From NCBI GenBank assembly GCA_038897215.1, contig JAWAWX010000001.1:320001-384000 (forward strand): DNA of 64,000 bases. The letters run 5' to 3'. The notes beneath the pieces are model-generated. The model searched no databases. It was given only the letters and a program-made list of their open reading frames with translations, and was not told where the DNA came from. Source of the stretch: Acidilobaceae archaeon. GTDB lineage: Archaea; Thermoproteota; Thermoprotei_A; Sulfolobales; Acidilobaceae. The position numbers were made by a program, and so were the translations under genes. Shown in pieces: positions 42,465-51,785 of this stretch (within the stretch, counting starts at the first letter, position 1; each line of letters opens with the position of its first letter).

Positions 42465-42587
42465 GAGTAGCCCCCAGAGGAGCCCTCCGAGAGCCCGGCT
42501 CTAAGCCTTACCGCGCGCTCTCCTGCTCTCATCGCTCCAGCTTAGAGCTAACGCTAATAGCTACCGAGGGTCTCGGGTAGCTAGAGT

Positions 42588-42657
42588 GGAGGGCGGGGTG
42601 AAGAATCGCAAACCGGGGCTCGCCACGTGGCCTAGAGCTCTCGCGTGACCGCCCTCC
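42588..42657 (+). ncRNA. Candidate kink-turn / C/D-like small RNA
   Basis: 9-bp terminal stem GGAGGGCGG/CCGCCCTCC enclosing GTGAAGA (C-like) and GTGA (D-like); intergenic. Confidence 0.35.
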
Positions 42658-42702
42658 CGATAAGCTTAATACGCGGCTTGCTAGTCATTCACGAGCGTAG
42701 AG

Positions 42703-43923
42703 GTGCGCGTATTGGCTAGAGTGCTCGCTACTGCTCTGCTAGCAGTTGTAGCATTGACTCTGCTAGCCTCCCTCTCTCTCGTAGCCTCGGCTGGGTCGAG
42801 GGTTTCTCTCTTGTACTCTATCGAGGGCAACGTGCTGAGAGTCTCTAACCCCTTCTACTCTCTGGAGCTCAACCTGGAGAACGGGCTCTCTCCAGTCTCC
42901 TGGATAGCGCTCGACGCTAGAGCAGAGTGGGGTAGCGTGGCGGGCTTCACTCTAGACGTTTGCTCGGATAAGGGGCTCGAGAGCGGAGCTCCAGCTCTCG
43001 GTAGCGTGGCGTGGACTCACAGCGTTCTCTCCGCTACCAGAGACGTTCTCGTAGTCTCTCTAAGACCCGCCGCAGCGGATACCTGTGCTTCTCCTCTCTC
43101 GGTGACACTGGTAGCTAGCTTCTACTCCTGGCTCCCCTACGTAGACGTGCTTCTAGTAGTCTCGAATGAAGGCAATGAGACTGTCAGACTTGCAGGTTCT
43201 CAGGGAGCTCCAGCTGTGGCAGTGAGCCTGCCCGTGGCTCCCGGCTACAGAGCTGTAGCCGTCTCTCTAGACCGCGTTGGCCTAGCTGTCCACGAGGAGC
43301 CCGGAGATTACCTGAAGATAGCTCCGAAAACAGCCGCCATAGCTTTACTCGCTGACGGCTCTCTGAGAGCCGTCTACGGCGTCTCCGACGCGAGCCTAGG
43401 AGTATACGCTGTTCTCTCCTTCAGCCTAGAGGAGGGCCGGGCTTTGCTCAAAGCAAGCCTGCCGGCTCGCTCTATCGCCTCAGGGGAGCACGCTGTCTTC
43501 AGCTTCAAGCTCGCTCTAGCTTCTAGCGATGCTATCGCCGCATCTCTAGCAGGCTTCGCTCCAGCCTACGCTACTCTAGAATCCGGGGGCTTCGAGACGC
43601 TCCTGAGCATACTCCCTCTGAAGAGGTATCTTGAAGAGAGCTCTCGCCTAGTGGAAGAGCTGAGAGGGGAGATTAGAGAACTCGAGGCCAAGGTGGGAGA
43701 ACTCGAGGCTAAGATAGAGGAGCTCGGGGAGCAGGCCGCGTTCTGGGAGAGCGAGGTGAAGATAAGAGAGGCTACGATAAGCGAGCTGAGAGCCAGGATA
43801 GACGAGCAGAACCTGATAGTCCTAGCTACTATGGCTCTAGGGCTGGCTCTAGGGCTAGCTGGGGGAGTCGTAGCCTACAAGGCTAGAGTAGAGCGCGCTA
43901 GAGGAGTCCCGAGGAGGAGGTGA
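42703..43923 (+). CDS. Surface protein: signal peptide, beta-rich ectodomain, coiled coil, C-terminal TM anchor
   Basis: N-terminal hydrophobic signal, ~65-aa heptad segment (LVEELRGEIRELEAKVGELEAKIEEL), TM helix and basic tail. Confidence 0.75.
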   Translation: MRVLARVLATALLAVVALTLLASLSLVASAGSRVSLLYSIEGNVLRVSNPFYSLELNLENGLSPVSWIALDARAEWGSVAGFTLDVCSDKGLESGAPALGSVAWTHSVLSATRDVLVVSLRPAAADTCASPLSVTLVASFYSWLPYVDVLLVVSNEGNETVRLAGSQGAPAVAVSLPVAPGYRAVAVSLDRVGLAVHEEPGDYLKIAPKTAAIALLADGSLRAVYGVSDASLGVYAVLSFSLEEGRALLKASLPARSIASGEHAVFSFKLALASSDAIAASLAGFAPAYATLESGGFETLLSILPLKRYLEESSRLVEELRGEIRELEAKVGELEAKIEELGEQAAFWESEVKIREATISELRARIDEQNLIVLATMALGLALGLAGGVVAYKARVERARGVPRRR

Positions 43924-44953
43924 TGGCTTTCGAGCCTGAAGAGATACCCCTTTCCTAGCCGACCCTGAGAGGTATGCTTCAGCGAGGCTCTCATCGGCTA
44001 GAGCCTTCGAGGAGCTAGTGTGCTCAGACGAGGTCCTCCTCTCTAAGAGCGTGGAGAGAATCAGAGCCGCTAGAGAGGGCTGGCTCCAGAGCTTCGTCGA
44101 GAAGCTCGACTTAGACTCTCAAGTCTACACGTTCTGGATAGCTCTCCTAGCTCTGAGAGAAGCGGGGAGCGTTAGGCTCCTGGATGAGTTCATCGAGAGA
44201 GAGCTGGAGCTAGCTAGGAGGCACCTAGACTCGGAGGAAGACCGGGACGTATTGAGGATAGCTGAGAGCCTAGGGCTTAGAGTAAAGCCCGCTGAGCTAA
44301 GAGTAGCAGTCTCGAGGAGAGAGAGGGGGGAGCTTCTCTACAAGGTCTTCGGCTACGCCATCCCACTCAGAGACTTTCTGAGAGTCTCCTCCAAGTCGAG
44401 AGCTGGAGAGCTGAGACTCGTGAACAACCCTGTGAGAGACGGGGTAGTCTACCTAGACGGAGAGACTCTGAGACTACTCGTCTCCGAGGCTTTCCGAGCC
44501 CGGCTAGCTGAGAAGCTGAGAGAGATAGAGGCTCCCGAGAGCCCCGCTTTCAGAGAGCTAGCTGAGAAGCTGAGAGAGATAGAGGCGCTGGCGCTCAGCG
44601 GTCTCGATGAGCTCTCCCTGCCTCAGTGTATCAGAGAACTCGCTACCAAGGCGTCGAAAGAGAGCTTGAGCGACCTGGAGGCTCACACGATAGTGTCATT
44701 CCTGAAGGCTTCCGGAGCTCCGAGAGACGCTGTAGCGGTCATGCTGAAGAAGCTAGGCTTAGCTGACGAGCGTGTAGCCGAGACGATAGCGAGAGCTCTC
44801 GAGGAGATAGAGGCTCCAGGGCCTCTGAGATGCGAAGAGCTCAGAAAGCGTGGTGTCTGCGACTGCGATAGAGACCTCACTCTAGAGTATCGAGAGCGCA
44901 GAAGCCGGGGTTCTGGGAGAGCTCGCGAGCCAGAGCATCGAGCCTCCTCCTAG
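43923..44953 (+). CDS. priL: DNA primase large subunit (5' end frame-disrupted; intact frame from ~43940, first canonical start 44018)
   Basis: PFLAD N-terminus, LVNNPVRDGVVYL, LPQCI, C..L...G.C.C Fe-S motif. Confidence 0.82.
44503..44586 (+). repeat. 30-bp exact direct repeat inside priL
   Basis: GCTAGCTGAGAAGCTGAGAGAGATAGAGGC at 44503-44532 and 44557-44586, encoding LAEKLREIEA twice. Confidence 0.9.
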
Positions 44954-45500
44954 ACTTCTCTAGTAGAGCGTTCGACTCCGAGACCAAGAGCTCTAGAGCC
45001 TCCTCGCTGACGAGGTCTACTCCTCTAAGCCTCAGGGGGGCTATCATCTGAACACTACTCATCACCTCGAAGGCGTAGCCTAGCCTAGGGTGCTTGGAGA
45101 CGACTCCGCTGTGCTTGAACCCGTGTCTTCTAGCCGCGCTGAGAGCGTAGAAAGCGCAGGAGAGCCTAAGTGTCCTGAAGTGGACTATGGGGCCGCTGAC
45201 TTTGAGCCAGAGGCTCTCGAAGCCTCTCCTCAGGACTCTAGAGACCTCCTCCACAGTGATCGGGTCGTGGGTCTTGTAGACTACTCTGGCTCTCCTCCTG
45301 CTCCAGTGCTCCTCCCCCTCGACCACTGTTATCCTGCCGATACAGCTACTAGTAGTGAGGAGTAGAGGCGGCTTGTTGAGCGCCTCTATCAACGCCTCTG
45401 CTCCCGGGTCTAGGTACCCTACGATCCTCTCGTCTAGAAGCTCTCCGAGCACTCTCCTCTTGTACTCCAGCCACTCCTCAACTCCTAGCTTCTGCTTCAG
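44877..45500 (-). CDS. taw3: tRNA wyosine-derivative methyltransferase Taw3/Tyw3
   Basis: GYLD, TTSSCIGRI, K.H, PIVH, GFKHSG; start extended to in-frame CTG 45500 (canonical GTG is at 45452). Confidence 0.9.
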   Translation of the reverse strand: MKQKLGVEEWLEYKRRVLGELLDERIVGYLDPGAEALIEALNKPPLLLTTSSCIGRITVVEGEEHWSRRRARVVYKTHDPITVEEVSRVLRRGFESLWLKVSGPIVHFRTLRLSCAFYALSAARRHGFKHSGVVSKHPRLGYAFEVMSSVQMIAPLRLRGVDLVSEEALELLVSESNALLEKSRRRLDALARELSQNPGFCALDTLE

Positions 45501-46311
45501 TGTCTACCACCACCTGAGCCAGCCTGGGCCCGACCTTCCTGACTGTTCTAGAGCGCAGAAGCCTAGCTCTCCAGCCGAGCTCCTCGAGCCTGGCTGAGAC
45601 GAGCTTCTCTGCTTCAGCCAAGTGCTCCCCCCTCTTCCCCATAGGCACGTGGAGGTAGAAGTGCACCCAGCCTCTGTCTCCTCTTAGAGCTTTGAGAGCG
45701 TAGGGAGCATACTCTAGAGCTAGGTCTGGGAGCGGCATCAGGACTCTGTCAGCTACCCCTACCAGCTTCTCCTCGACTACTCTAGCCGCGTCTCCTAGGT
45801 GTGCTACCACTCTATCGGAGACCTTGTTGAGTTCTATGTTCTCGAGCATGAGCTTGTAGGCGTGCTCGTTTATGTCTATACTGTGGACTAGCCTGGCTTG
45901 AGCTCTCTTGGCTATTATTATGGAGAACGTCCCTACTCCAGCGAACATGTTGACAACGACCTCCCCGGGCTCTACCAGAGAGGCTACTCGAGCGTGCTCG
46001 AATGAGAGCCTCGGGGTTATGAAGACTCTGGCTATGTCTACCTTGAATATGCAGCCGTGCTCTCTGTACGTTGTGACTGTTCTCTCCTCCCCAGCTAGGT
46101 GGACGAGCCTCCTGGTCTTGAAGGGGGGCTCAGTGGGGCTTACTGCTAGCCAGACCGACTTGATGTAGGGGAGGCTCTTCATCAGCTCTAAAGCTAGAGC
46201 TCTGTAGTCTTCTATCGATAGGCTCGAGGAGAAAGGCTTCTTGAGTACCGCTATGTCCCCTACTACTTCTAGAGTGCTCCAGACCTCTCCCGCCTTGTCT
46301 GCTCCGAGCAC
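45478..46311 (-). CDS. Trm5/Taw2 (Met-10+) family tRNA methyltransferase
   Basis: VVGDIA, YREHGC.FKVD...VF.TPRL..E, MFAGVG.F, DIN..A, DRVLMPLP. Confidence 0.9.
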   Translation of the reverse strand: MLGADKAGEVWSTLEVVGDIAVLKKPFSSSLSIEDYRALALELMKSLPYIKSVWLAVSPTEPPFKTRRLVHLAGEERTVTTYREHGCIFKVDIARVFITPRLSFEHARVASLVEPGEVVVNMFAGVGTFSIIIAKRAQARLVHSIDINEHAYKLMLENIELNKVSDRVVAHLGDAARVVEEKLVGVADRVLMPLPDLALEYAPYALKALRGDRGWVHFYLHVPMGKRGEHLAEAEKLVSARLEELGWRARLLRSRTVRKVGPRLAQVVVDTEAEARS

Positions 46312-46355
46312 TCTCTCAGCTATAGCCTTGACGATCCGGGCCGCTCTCGAGCACC

Positions 46356-46412
46356 CCCGTCAGCTGGGATGGATTGCATCACCGCTCATTATTGGAGTCA
46401 CTCATCACCACT
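46356..46412 (-). ncRNA. Box C/D methylation-guide sRNA
   Basis: Minus strand: C GTGATGA, 12-nt guide GTGACTCCAATA, D' ATGA, C' GTGATGC, 12-nt guide AATCCATCCCAG, D CTGA; canonical archaeal spacing, intergenic. Confidence 0.85.
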
Positions 46413-46449
46413 GTCTGGTAGCCTGCTCGGAGGCTTTTCTGCTGTATCT

Positions 46450-47550
46450 CTAGCTCTCAACATCTCCGGGCTCTAGCTTCTCGTGTATAGCTGAGGCTAT
46501 GGCTGTAAGAGCTGATGATGCTGCGAGCTCTGTCGAGAGAACGATCCCGGGAGCAAGGTCTACGACGTAGTCAGCGAATCTGAACAAGCCCGTGGGGACT
46601 CCGCTCCTCGCTCCCACCATGAGGTTCACTCTCCTCCCGGACCTGAAGGCTCTGAGTAGGAGCTCAGCCAGCTCTCCTGAGACTCTCGAGAAGGGCTCCC
46701 CCTCGGGCTCGAAGATCACTAGAGGCTCTCCCACTCTGCTCCTAACGAACTGGTGCATATCCTGGACTCTCACCGAAACCCTCCTCACCTGCCTCCCATA
46801 GCTCCTCTTCTGGACCTCGAACCTGGACTCAACCCCCTCTAGCACTCCTGATATGAAGTAGGCTAGAGGCTCAGCGTCCACTGCCCCCACTGGGGCTACT
46901 ACGAGCTCCCCGACTTCGAAAGACTGGACTGCTCTCCCGACCCTGGCTCCCATCAATTTAGCCGCGTCGAGAGGACCCAGGTAGGGCTCGTGGGCTAGAC
47001 TGAGTCTCCAGAAGAACTTGTAGAGAGGCTTCTTCCCCCTACCGGTCTTCTTGTAGAACTCTGAGCCTTTCAGAACTGAGAGGTAGGCTCTGCCGCCTAT
47101 TATGTTGACGAAGAAGACTTTGTCGGGCTCCTCCAAGTCGACCTCTGCTCCAGTAGCCTCCTTGACTGCTGCTCCAGCAGCCACGTTCACGTCTATGCTG
47201 GTGAAGCTGTGAGACCCCCTTCTCACAGTCCTCACAGCAAAGCTCTCTCCAGGCTTGAGAAAGCTCCTAGAGAGTTCTGCTACCGCTCCCGCTATAGACT
47301 CGAGGTCTGCGTCGACCTCCTTCTCTACGACGAACACCTTCTCGACTTCGGGCACACTCTTCCTGATAGCCTCCGCTGCCTCAGCCTTACTCCCAGCTCT
47401 GCAGACCACGACTAGCCCCTTGAAGCCAAGAGGAGACGCTACAACCACAGCTCCCGGAAGCACTTCTGAGACATAGCTCGCAGCGACTCTCTCCAAGTCT
47501 AGGCTAGTAGTGAGAATGATGTCCACAGGCTCGCAGACCTCTACCCCCAA
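46450..47550 (-). CDS. THUMP domain + SPOUT-class RNA methyltransferase
   Basis: THUMP (SFAVRTVRRGSH.F.S.DVN..AG..V......VDLEEPD) followed by a knot motif (VGARSGVP.G....AD..VDLAPG..LSTE). Confidence 0.85.
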   Translation of the reverse strand: MGVEVCEPVDIILTTSLDLERVAASYVSEVLPGAVVVASPLGFKGLVVVCRAGSKAEAAEAIRKSVPEVEKVFVVEKEVDADLESIAGAVAELSRSFLKPGESFAVRTVRRGSHSFTSIDVNVAAGAAVKEATGAEVDLEEPDKVFFVNIIGGRAYLSVLKGSEFYKKTGRGKKPLYKFFWRLSLAHEPYLGPLDAAKLMGARVGRAVQSFEVGELVVAPVGAVDAEPLAYFISGVLEGVESRFEVQKRSYGRQVRRVSVRVQDMHQFVRSRVGEPLVIFEPEGEPFSRVSGELAELLLRAFRSGRRVNLMVGARSGVPTGLFRFADYVVDLAPGIVLSTELAASSALTAIASAIHEKLEPGDVES

Positions 47551-47816
47551 CCTCCCCCCAGACTCTAGAAGCTAGAAGCCCGGAGCTGTTCTCTCTTCTC
47601 GCTCTCAACACTCGCTGTAGACGCTCCTACAACCTTTCGAGAACTCCGCCAGTACACCAAGACCCCCTCTGCTGGAAGTCGTGCAGGCGACCCTGCGCTC
47701 AGAGCAGTGCTGGAGTCTTTGAGCACGTCCATCCCGACTTCTAGAGCTCCCCCAAGAAGCCTCCTAGAGCCTTGGGGGGTCTACGCTAGCGCTCGTGGCG
47801 CGCTAGTTGCTCACGT

Positions 47817-49103
47817 CTAGGCCTCCTGCTCGCTGAGAGGAGAGCTCTTGAGGAGGCTGACGGCTCTCCTCAAGACTTCCTCGAGGCTGACGTTCATGGC
47901 TCTAGAGAGCTCCTGTAGCTCCTCCGCTAGGTCAGCGGAGACCTCTATGAGGGCTCGCGCGCGCCCCGTCTTCGACGCTCTCCTGGCTAGCTCTCCGGCT
48001 ACCTCCTCGAGTCTTCGCGCATCGAACGAGACCCCGTCGGCTACCATGACTCCCTCTGACTCGAGTTCTCTCCTGAGCTCCTGAGGCAGAGCTACTCTAG
48101 AGACTAGGATCATGAGGTCGGGCTTGTACGTGGACTTGTATAGGAGGAGGAGCTTCGGCTCCTTGACTCTGAGAGCTCTCCCCTCTTCAGCTCTCCTCCT
48201 AGCCTCCGCTCTACCCACTCCGAGAGCCTCTGCTAGGCCCTCCCAGAGGCCCTCGAGCCACATAGATGCCCACTCCTCAGCGCTGATCGGTCTGCCGAAG
48301 TAGCCCTTGAGGTCTCTCGCTCTCTCCCACCACTCCTCTAGCTCCTTGAACTCTATGATCACGCTGGGCCTCCTCACCGGAGGGCTTCTCGAGAAGTCAA
48401 CCATGTCCAGGGTCCAGCCCTCGTAGACCATGGCGTCGGGCCGTAGAGCAGTGTAAAGCCCCCATATCCTCCTCAAGTCTCTCGAGTCCTCCCAGCTCAG
48501 CGGCCTGGGGGCTTCGTGGAAGAGGCTCAAGCAGCCTCTCGTTATCTCGCAGAGGACAGCGTTCGGTGGTATCGAGCCGAGCCTCTGCTTCCCGCTTCTA
48601 TCGAAGCTCAGGTAGCCGTGCTCTGGGTAGGCTAGCCTGAAGCCTCTCTCGGCTAGGAGAGCTAGGATCGATGAGAGGCCCCAGACTTGGTAGAGGCTCC
48701 TCATATTTGCTCTTAGAGAAGTCGTGACAGCCGCTCTAGCCTTAGAGACGTACTCCTCGAGAGGAGTCAAGCCTCTGAGAAGGTCTAGAGTGTAAGTGAA
48801 CAGCTTCTTCCTCAAATGGGCTCTAGGCTCCTCCACGAAGGACTTGAGCTCCTTCGGTAGAGTCACTCCTCTGAGCGCTAGCTTGTGCTCGAGAGCCTCT
48901 ACTGCCGCGAGAGCCTCTACTATCCAATGCTCTGCCTCGATGATCTCGGAGCTCGCGACGCTATCCACAACACAGTTCTTGAATCTCTCTGCTAGAACTA
49001 GAGCCTCGCTACTAGCGTACCTAGGGACTCTGCCTCTCTCCTCGACTAAGACGAGCCCTCTGGCTTCTTCTAAGACCTCGAGACAAGCCCTCACGCTCTC
49101 CAT
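47817..49103 (-). CDS. Putative PD-(D/E)xK nuclease-fold protein with C-terminal ribbon-helix-helix
   Basis: LYQVW, LRPD...IIEFKE; C-terminal ALIEVSADLAEELQELSRAMNVSLEEVLRRAV. Confidence 0.6.
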   Translation of the reverse strand: MESVRACLEVLEEARGLVLVEERGRVPRYASSEALVLAERFKNCVVDSVASSEIIEAEHWIVEALAAVEALEHKLALRGVTLPKELKSFVEEPRAHLRKKLFTYTLDLLRGLTPLEEYVSKARAAVTTSLRANMRSLYQVWGLSSILALLAERGFRLAYPEHGYLSFDRSGKQRLGSIPPNAVLCEITRGCLSLFHEAPRPLSWEDSRDLRRIWGLYTALRPDAMVYEGWTLDMVDFSRSPPVRRPSVIIEFKELEEWWERARDLKGYFGRPISAEEWASMWLEGLWEGLAEALGVGRAEARRRAEEGRALRVKEPKLLLLYKSTYKPDLMILVSRVALPQELRRELESEGVMVADGVSFDARRLEEVAGELARRASKTGRARALIEVSADLAEELQELSRAMNVSLEEVLRRAVSLLKSSPLSEQEA

Positions 49104-49152
49104 CCCGTCTAGCTATCTAGCTCCCCGCTGGGAGCGCTCTAGCTCAGCGCTA

Positions 49153-49878
49153 TTACTTCTTGCGCCTCCTAGACAGATACTCTAGAGCCTCCTCGTCGCT
49201 TACATCATGCCACTCTCTGTAAGCGTCTGCTACAGCGTAATACGGTCCAGCTCTCAGATTGAGCACGAACGTCTCATCGGCTCTCTCAGATGCGATTATG
49301 GCTCCCTCTAGGCTTGCTGTGGGAGCTGCTAGCGTGACACTAGAGGCTCCATGCCTCCTGAGGAAGGCTGCAGCTACTCTCGCCGTGTACCCTGTAGCTA
49401 TGCCGTCGTCTACCAGTATGACTCTCCTATCTCTGACCCCGGAGTAGTCGAGGCTCCCCCTTAGCTTCAGCGTTCTCTCTCTGACGTGCGCGACCAGCCT
49501 CCTAATCTTCTCCTCTAATTCTCTCGGAGTGTACCCGGCTAGCGGGAGAGCTCTCTCCTCCAGCTCCACCGACCCGTCTAGATCTACTGCTCCAAAGCCA
49601 GCTTCCGTGGTCCACGGGAACGTTATCTTCTTGACCACGACTACGTCCAAGTCTAAGCCCAGCTCTTCTGCCACATAGAACGCTACCGGAACTCCTCCAG
49701 CAGCGAGAGCCACGACTAGAGAGTCCTCGAAGTAGCCCGACGCCTGCTTCAGGAAGCCCGCTAGAGCCCTCCCGGCCTCCGCTCTGTCAGCAAAGACCTC
49801 TACTCTCCAGCTGTAGTCCTCGCAGTAGACAACTCCTCTCCTCAGCTCGGATACCTTGGAGCAAGCCAGAGCCTCCAC
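49153..49878 (-). CDS. Type I phosphoribosyltransferase (COG1926-like)
   Basis: F.DR.EAG..LA, GGVPVA, VILVDDGIATG.T, Y..W.DVSDEE. Confidence 0.88.
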   Translation of the reverse strand: MEALACSKVSELRRGVVYCEDYSWRVEVFADRAEAGRALAGFLKQASGYFEDSLVVALAAGGVPVAFYVAEELGLDLDVVVVKKITFPWTTEAGFGAVDLDGSVELEERALPLAGYTPRELEEKIRRLVAHVRERTLKLRGSLDYSGVRDRRVILVDDGIATGYTARVAAAFLRRHGASSVTLAAPTASLEGAIIASERADETFVLNLRAGPYYAVADAYREWHDVSDEEALEYLSRRRKK

Positions 49879-49960
49879 CAGGCTCTAGGCTAGCTCGAGC
49901 GAGAGCGCTTCTCTCTTTCCACGGAGATAGAGAGGAGTAGAGAAGACTCGCTAGCCTCAT

Positions 49961-50737
49961 CTAGGAGCTGGACTCGCGCCAGCTCACGGGGATCACTGCT
50001 CTGAGTTGTCTCAAGACCATGGCCTTGACTCCATACACTTTCTCCACCAGCTCCGAGGTCAGAACGCTCTCAGGCCTCCCCTCGGCTACTACTTCGCCAC
50101 TATTGAGGACGTAGACTCTATCAGACATTCTCATCGCTTGAGTCAAGTCGTGGAGAGAGACCACGACGGTTATGCCCTCGCTTCTAGCCAGCTTCTCTAC
50201 GACCTCCTGGACTTCTATCTGGTGTCTTAAGTCGAGGTGAGTCGTGGGCTCGTCTAGCAGAAGCACTCTAGGCTCTACTGCTAGAGCTCTGGCTATAGAG
50301 GCTAGCTGTAGCTCCCCCCCGCTGACTCTCGACACGTCTCTCTCGGCTAGGTGCTCCGCGCCTACCGTCTTGAGGGCTCTCAGCGAGACCTCGTAGTCTA
50401 TACTAGTTGGAGCCAGCTTTATCCAGGGCTTTCTACCGGTGAGCACGTACTCGAGAACAGTGAGACCCTCGGGCACCTGAACTCTCTGGGGGACATAGCC
50501 GACAAGCTTGGCGACCACGCCTCTAGGGGCTCTCGCCACGTCCACTCCCTCTACTAACACTCTCCCCCTCCTAGGCTTCACTATACCGCATATAGTCTTG
50601 AGCAACGTAGTCTTCCCGGCCCCGTTGGGCCCGATTACCGCGACAACCTCCCCCTCTTCTGCTCTCAGCGCGACCCCCTTGAGCACGTCTCGAGAGCCGT
50701 AGGATACATAGAGGTCTGAAACCTCGACTCTAGCCAT
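49961..50737 (-). CDS. Metal-chelate ABC importer ATPase (FecE/BtuD-like)
   Basis: GPNGAGKTT, YVPQ, VSGGE, LLDEPTTHLD..HQ, LHDL. Confidence 0.92.
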   Translation of the reverse strand: MARVEVSDLYVSYGSRDVLKGVALRAEEGEVVAVIGPNGAGKTTLLKTICGIVKPRRGRVLVEGVDVARAPRGVVAKLVGYVPQRVQVPEGLTVLEYVLTGRKPWIKLAPTSIDYEVSLRALKTVGAEHLAERDVSRVSGGELQLASIARALAVEPRVLLLDEPTTHLDLRHQIEVQEVVEKLARSEGITVVVSLHDLTQAMRMSDRVYVLNSGEVVAEGRPESVLTSELVEKVYGVKAMVLRQLRAVIPVSWRESSS

Positions 50738-51785
50738 GGCGTCTCAAAGCCTCCCTGCCTAGGAGGAGAGCTAGAAGCAGAGGGGCTCCTAGAAGAGACC
50801 CGACGACCCCGACGGGTAGCACAGCCGGGGCTATCACCGACCTCCCGATCGAGTCGGCTAGAGTGACGAGTAGCGCTCCGGCTAGAGCGGAAGCCGGGGT
50901 CACAAACCTGTAGCTATGCCCTACGAGTAGCCTCACTATGTGAGGAGCTATCAGACATATGAATGCGAGAACCCCCATGAACGCAGTGACTAGAGCAGCG
51001 GCTACCGTAGCTGCTACCGCTAGCTCTAGCCGGGCTCTTCGAGGATTCAAGCCAGAGGAGGCTGCTATCTCGTCTCCTAGGCTCAGCAAGTCTAGGTCTA
51101 GCGAGAGAGACCTAGCAACAAGGTAGGCTAGGATCAAGAATATGGGTATCGAGATGAATCTAAGCTCTAGCCACGAGGGCCTCCCCACGTCGCCGAAGAG
51201 CCAGAACGTGAGCATAGCTACTCTGAGCTCGTTGAATCTAACGTACTGGATGAGGTTGACTAGAGCTCCGTAGAAGAAGCTCATTGCTATAGCGGCTAGG
51301 ATGAGAGCTCTCTCAGTGAGCCCGGCTACGTACGCTAAAGCAAGAATTATCGCTAGCTGGACTAGAGCAGAGACTAGAGCAGCAGCCGCCAAGACGTAGG
51401 GGTTCTCGACTCTCAAGAACCACTGGGTAACCCCGCCTCCCAGCTCGAAGACAATCAGCGCCACGGCCACACCTAGGGCAGCCGCGTGAGATATGCCTAG
51501 AGTGAAGGGGGAAGCTAGAGGGTTCCTCAAGACTCCCTGCATGACTGCTCCAGCAGCCCCTAGAGCCATCCCGGCTACTATAGACGCTACGAGCCTCCTG
51601 ACTCTGAGATTAGCGACCACCGAGGCCATGGGGTCGCTAGTCTCGAGCCCTAGAGCCCCCCGGACCAGGTCTCCTAGAGAGACCCCGTAGGCTCCTATAG
51701 ATAAGTGGATCGGGATGACTGCTAGCAGAGCTAGGAGGAGAGCGAGGACAGCAATGTGCCTCCTATCAGCCAACGCTACGGACAC
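50730..51785 (-). CDS. Metal-chelate ABC permease (FecCD/BtuC family)
   Basis: QGVLRNPLASPFTLG, LGDE.A...G, LIAPHIVR, LPVG...GAP. Confidence 0.92.
   Translation of the reverse strand: MSVALADRRHIAVLALLLALLAVIPIHLSIGAYGVSLGDLVRGALGLETSDPMASVVANLRVRRLVASIVAGMALGAAGAVMQGVLRNPLASPFTLGISHAAALGVAVALIVFELGGGVTQWFLRVENPYVLAAAALVSALVQLAIILALAYVAGLTERALILAAIAMSFFYGALVNLIQYVRFNELRVAMLTFWLFGDVGRPSWLELRFISIPIFLILAYLVARSLSLDLDLLSLGDEIAASSGLNPRRARLELAVAATVAAALVTAFMGVLAFICLIAPHIVRLLVGHSYRFVTPASALAGALLVTLADSIGRSVIAPAVLPVGVVGSLLGAPLLLALLLGREALRRHG

Noticed and set aside
46316-46354. GTG-initiated 12-codon ORF ahead of the Trm5-like gene as another recoding case
   Set aside because: A canonical GTG at 46311 retains the recognisable motifs, and the frame relation (+1) differs from the other cases
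47551-47816. 55-codon minus-strand ORF (MDVLKDSS...) and CCCCCAAG/CTTGGGGG hairpin at ~47749-47779
   Set aside because: No recognisable protein or RNA motifs; may be degraded sequence and cannot be supported
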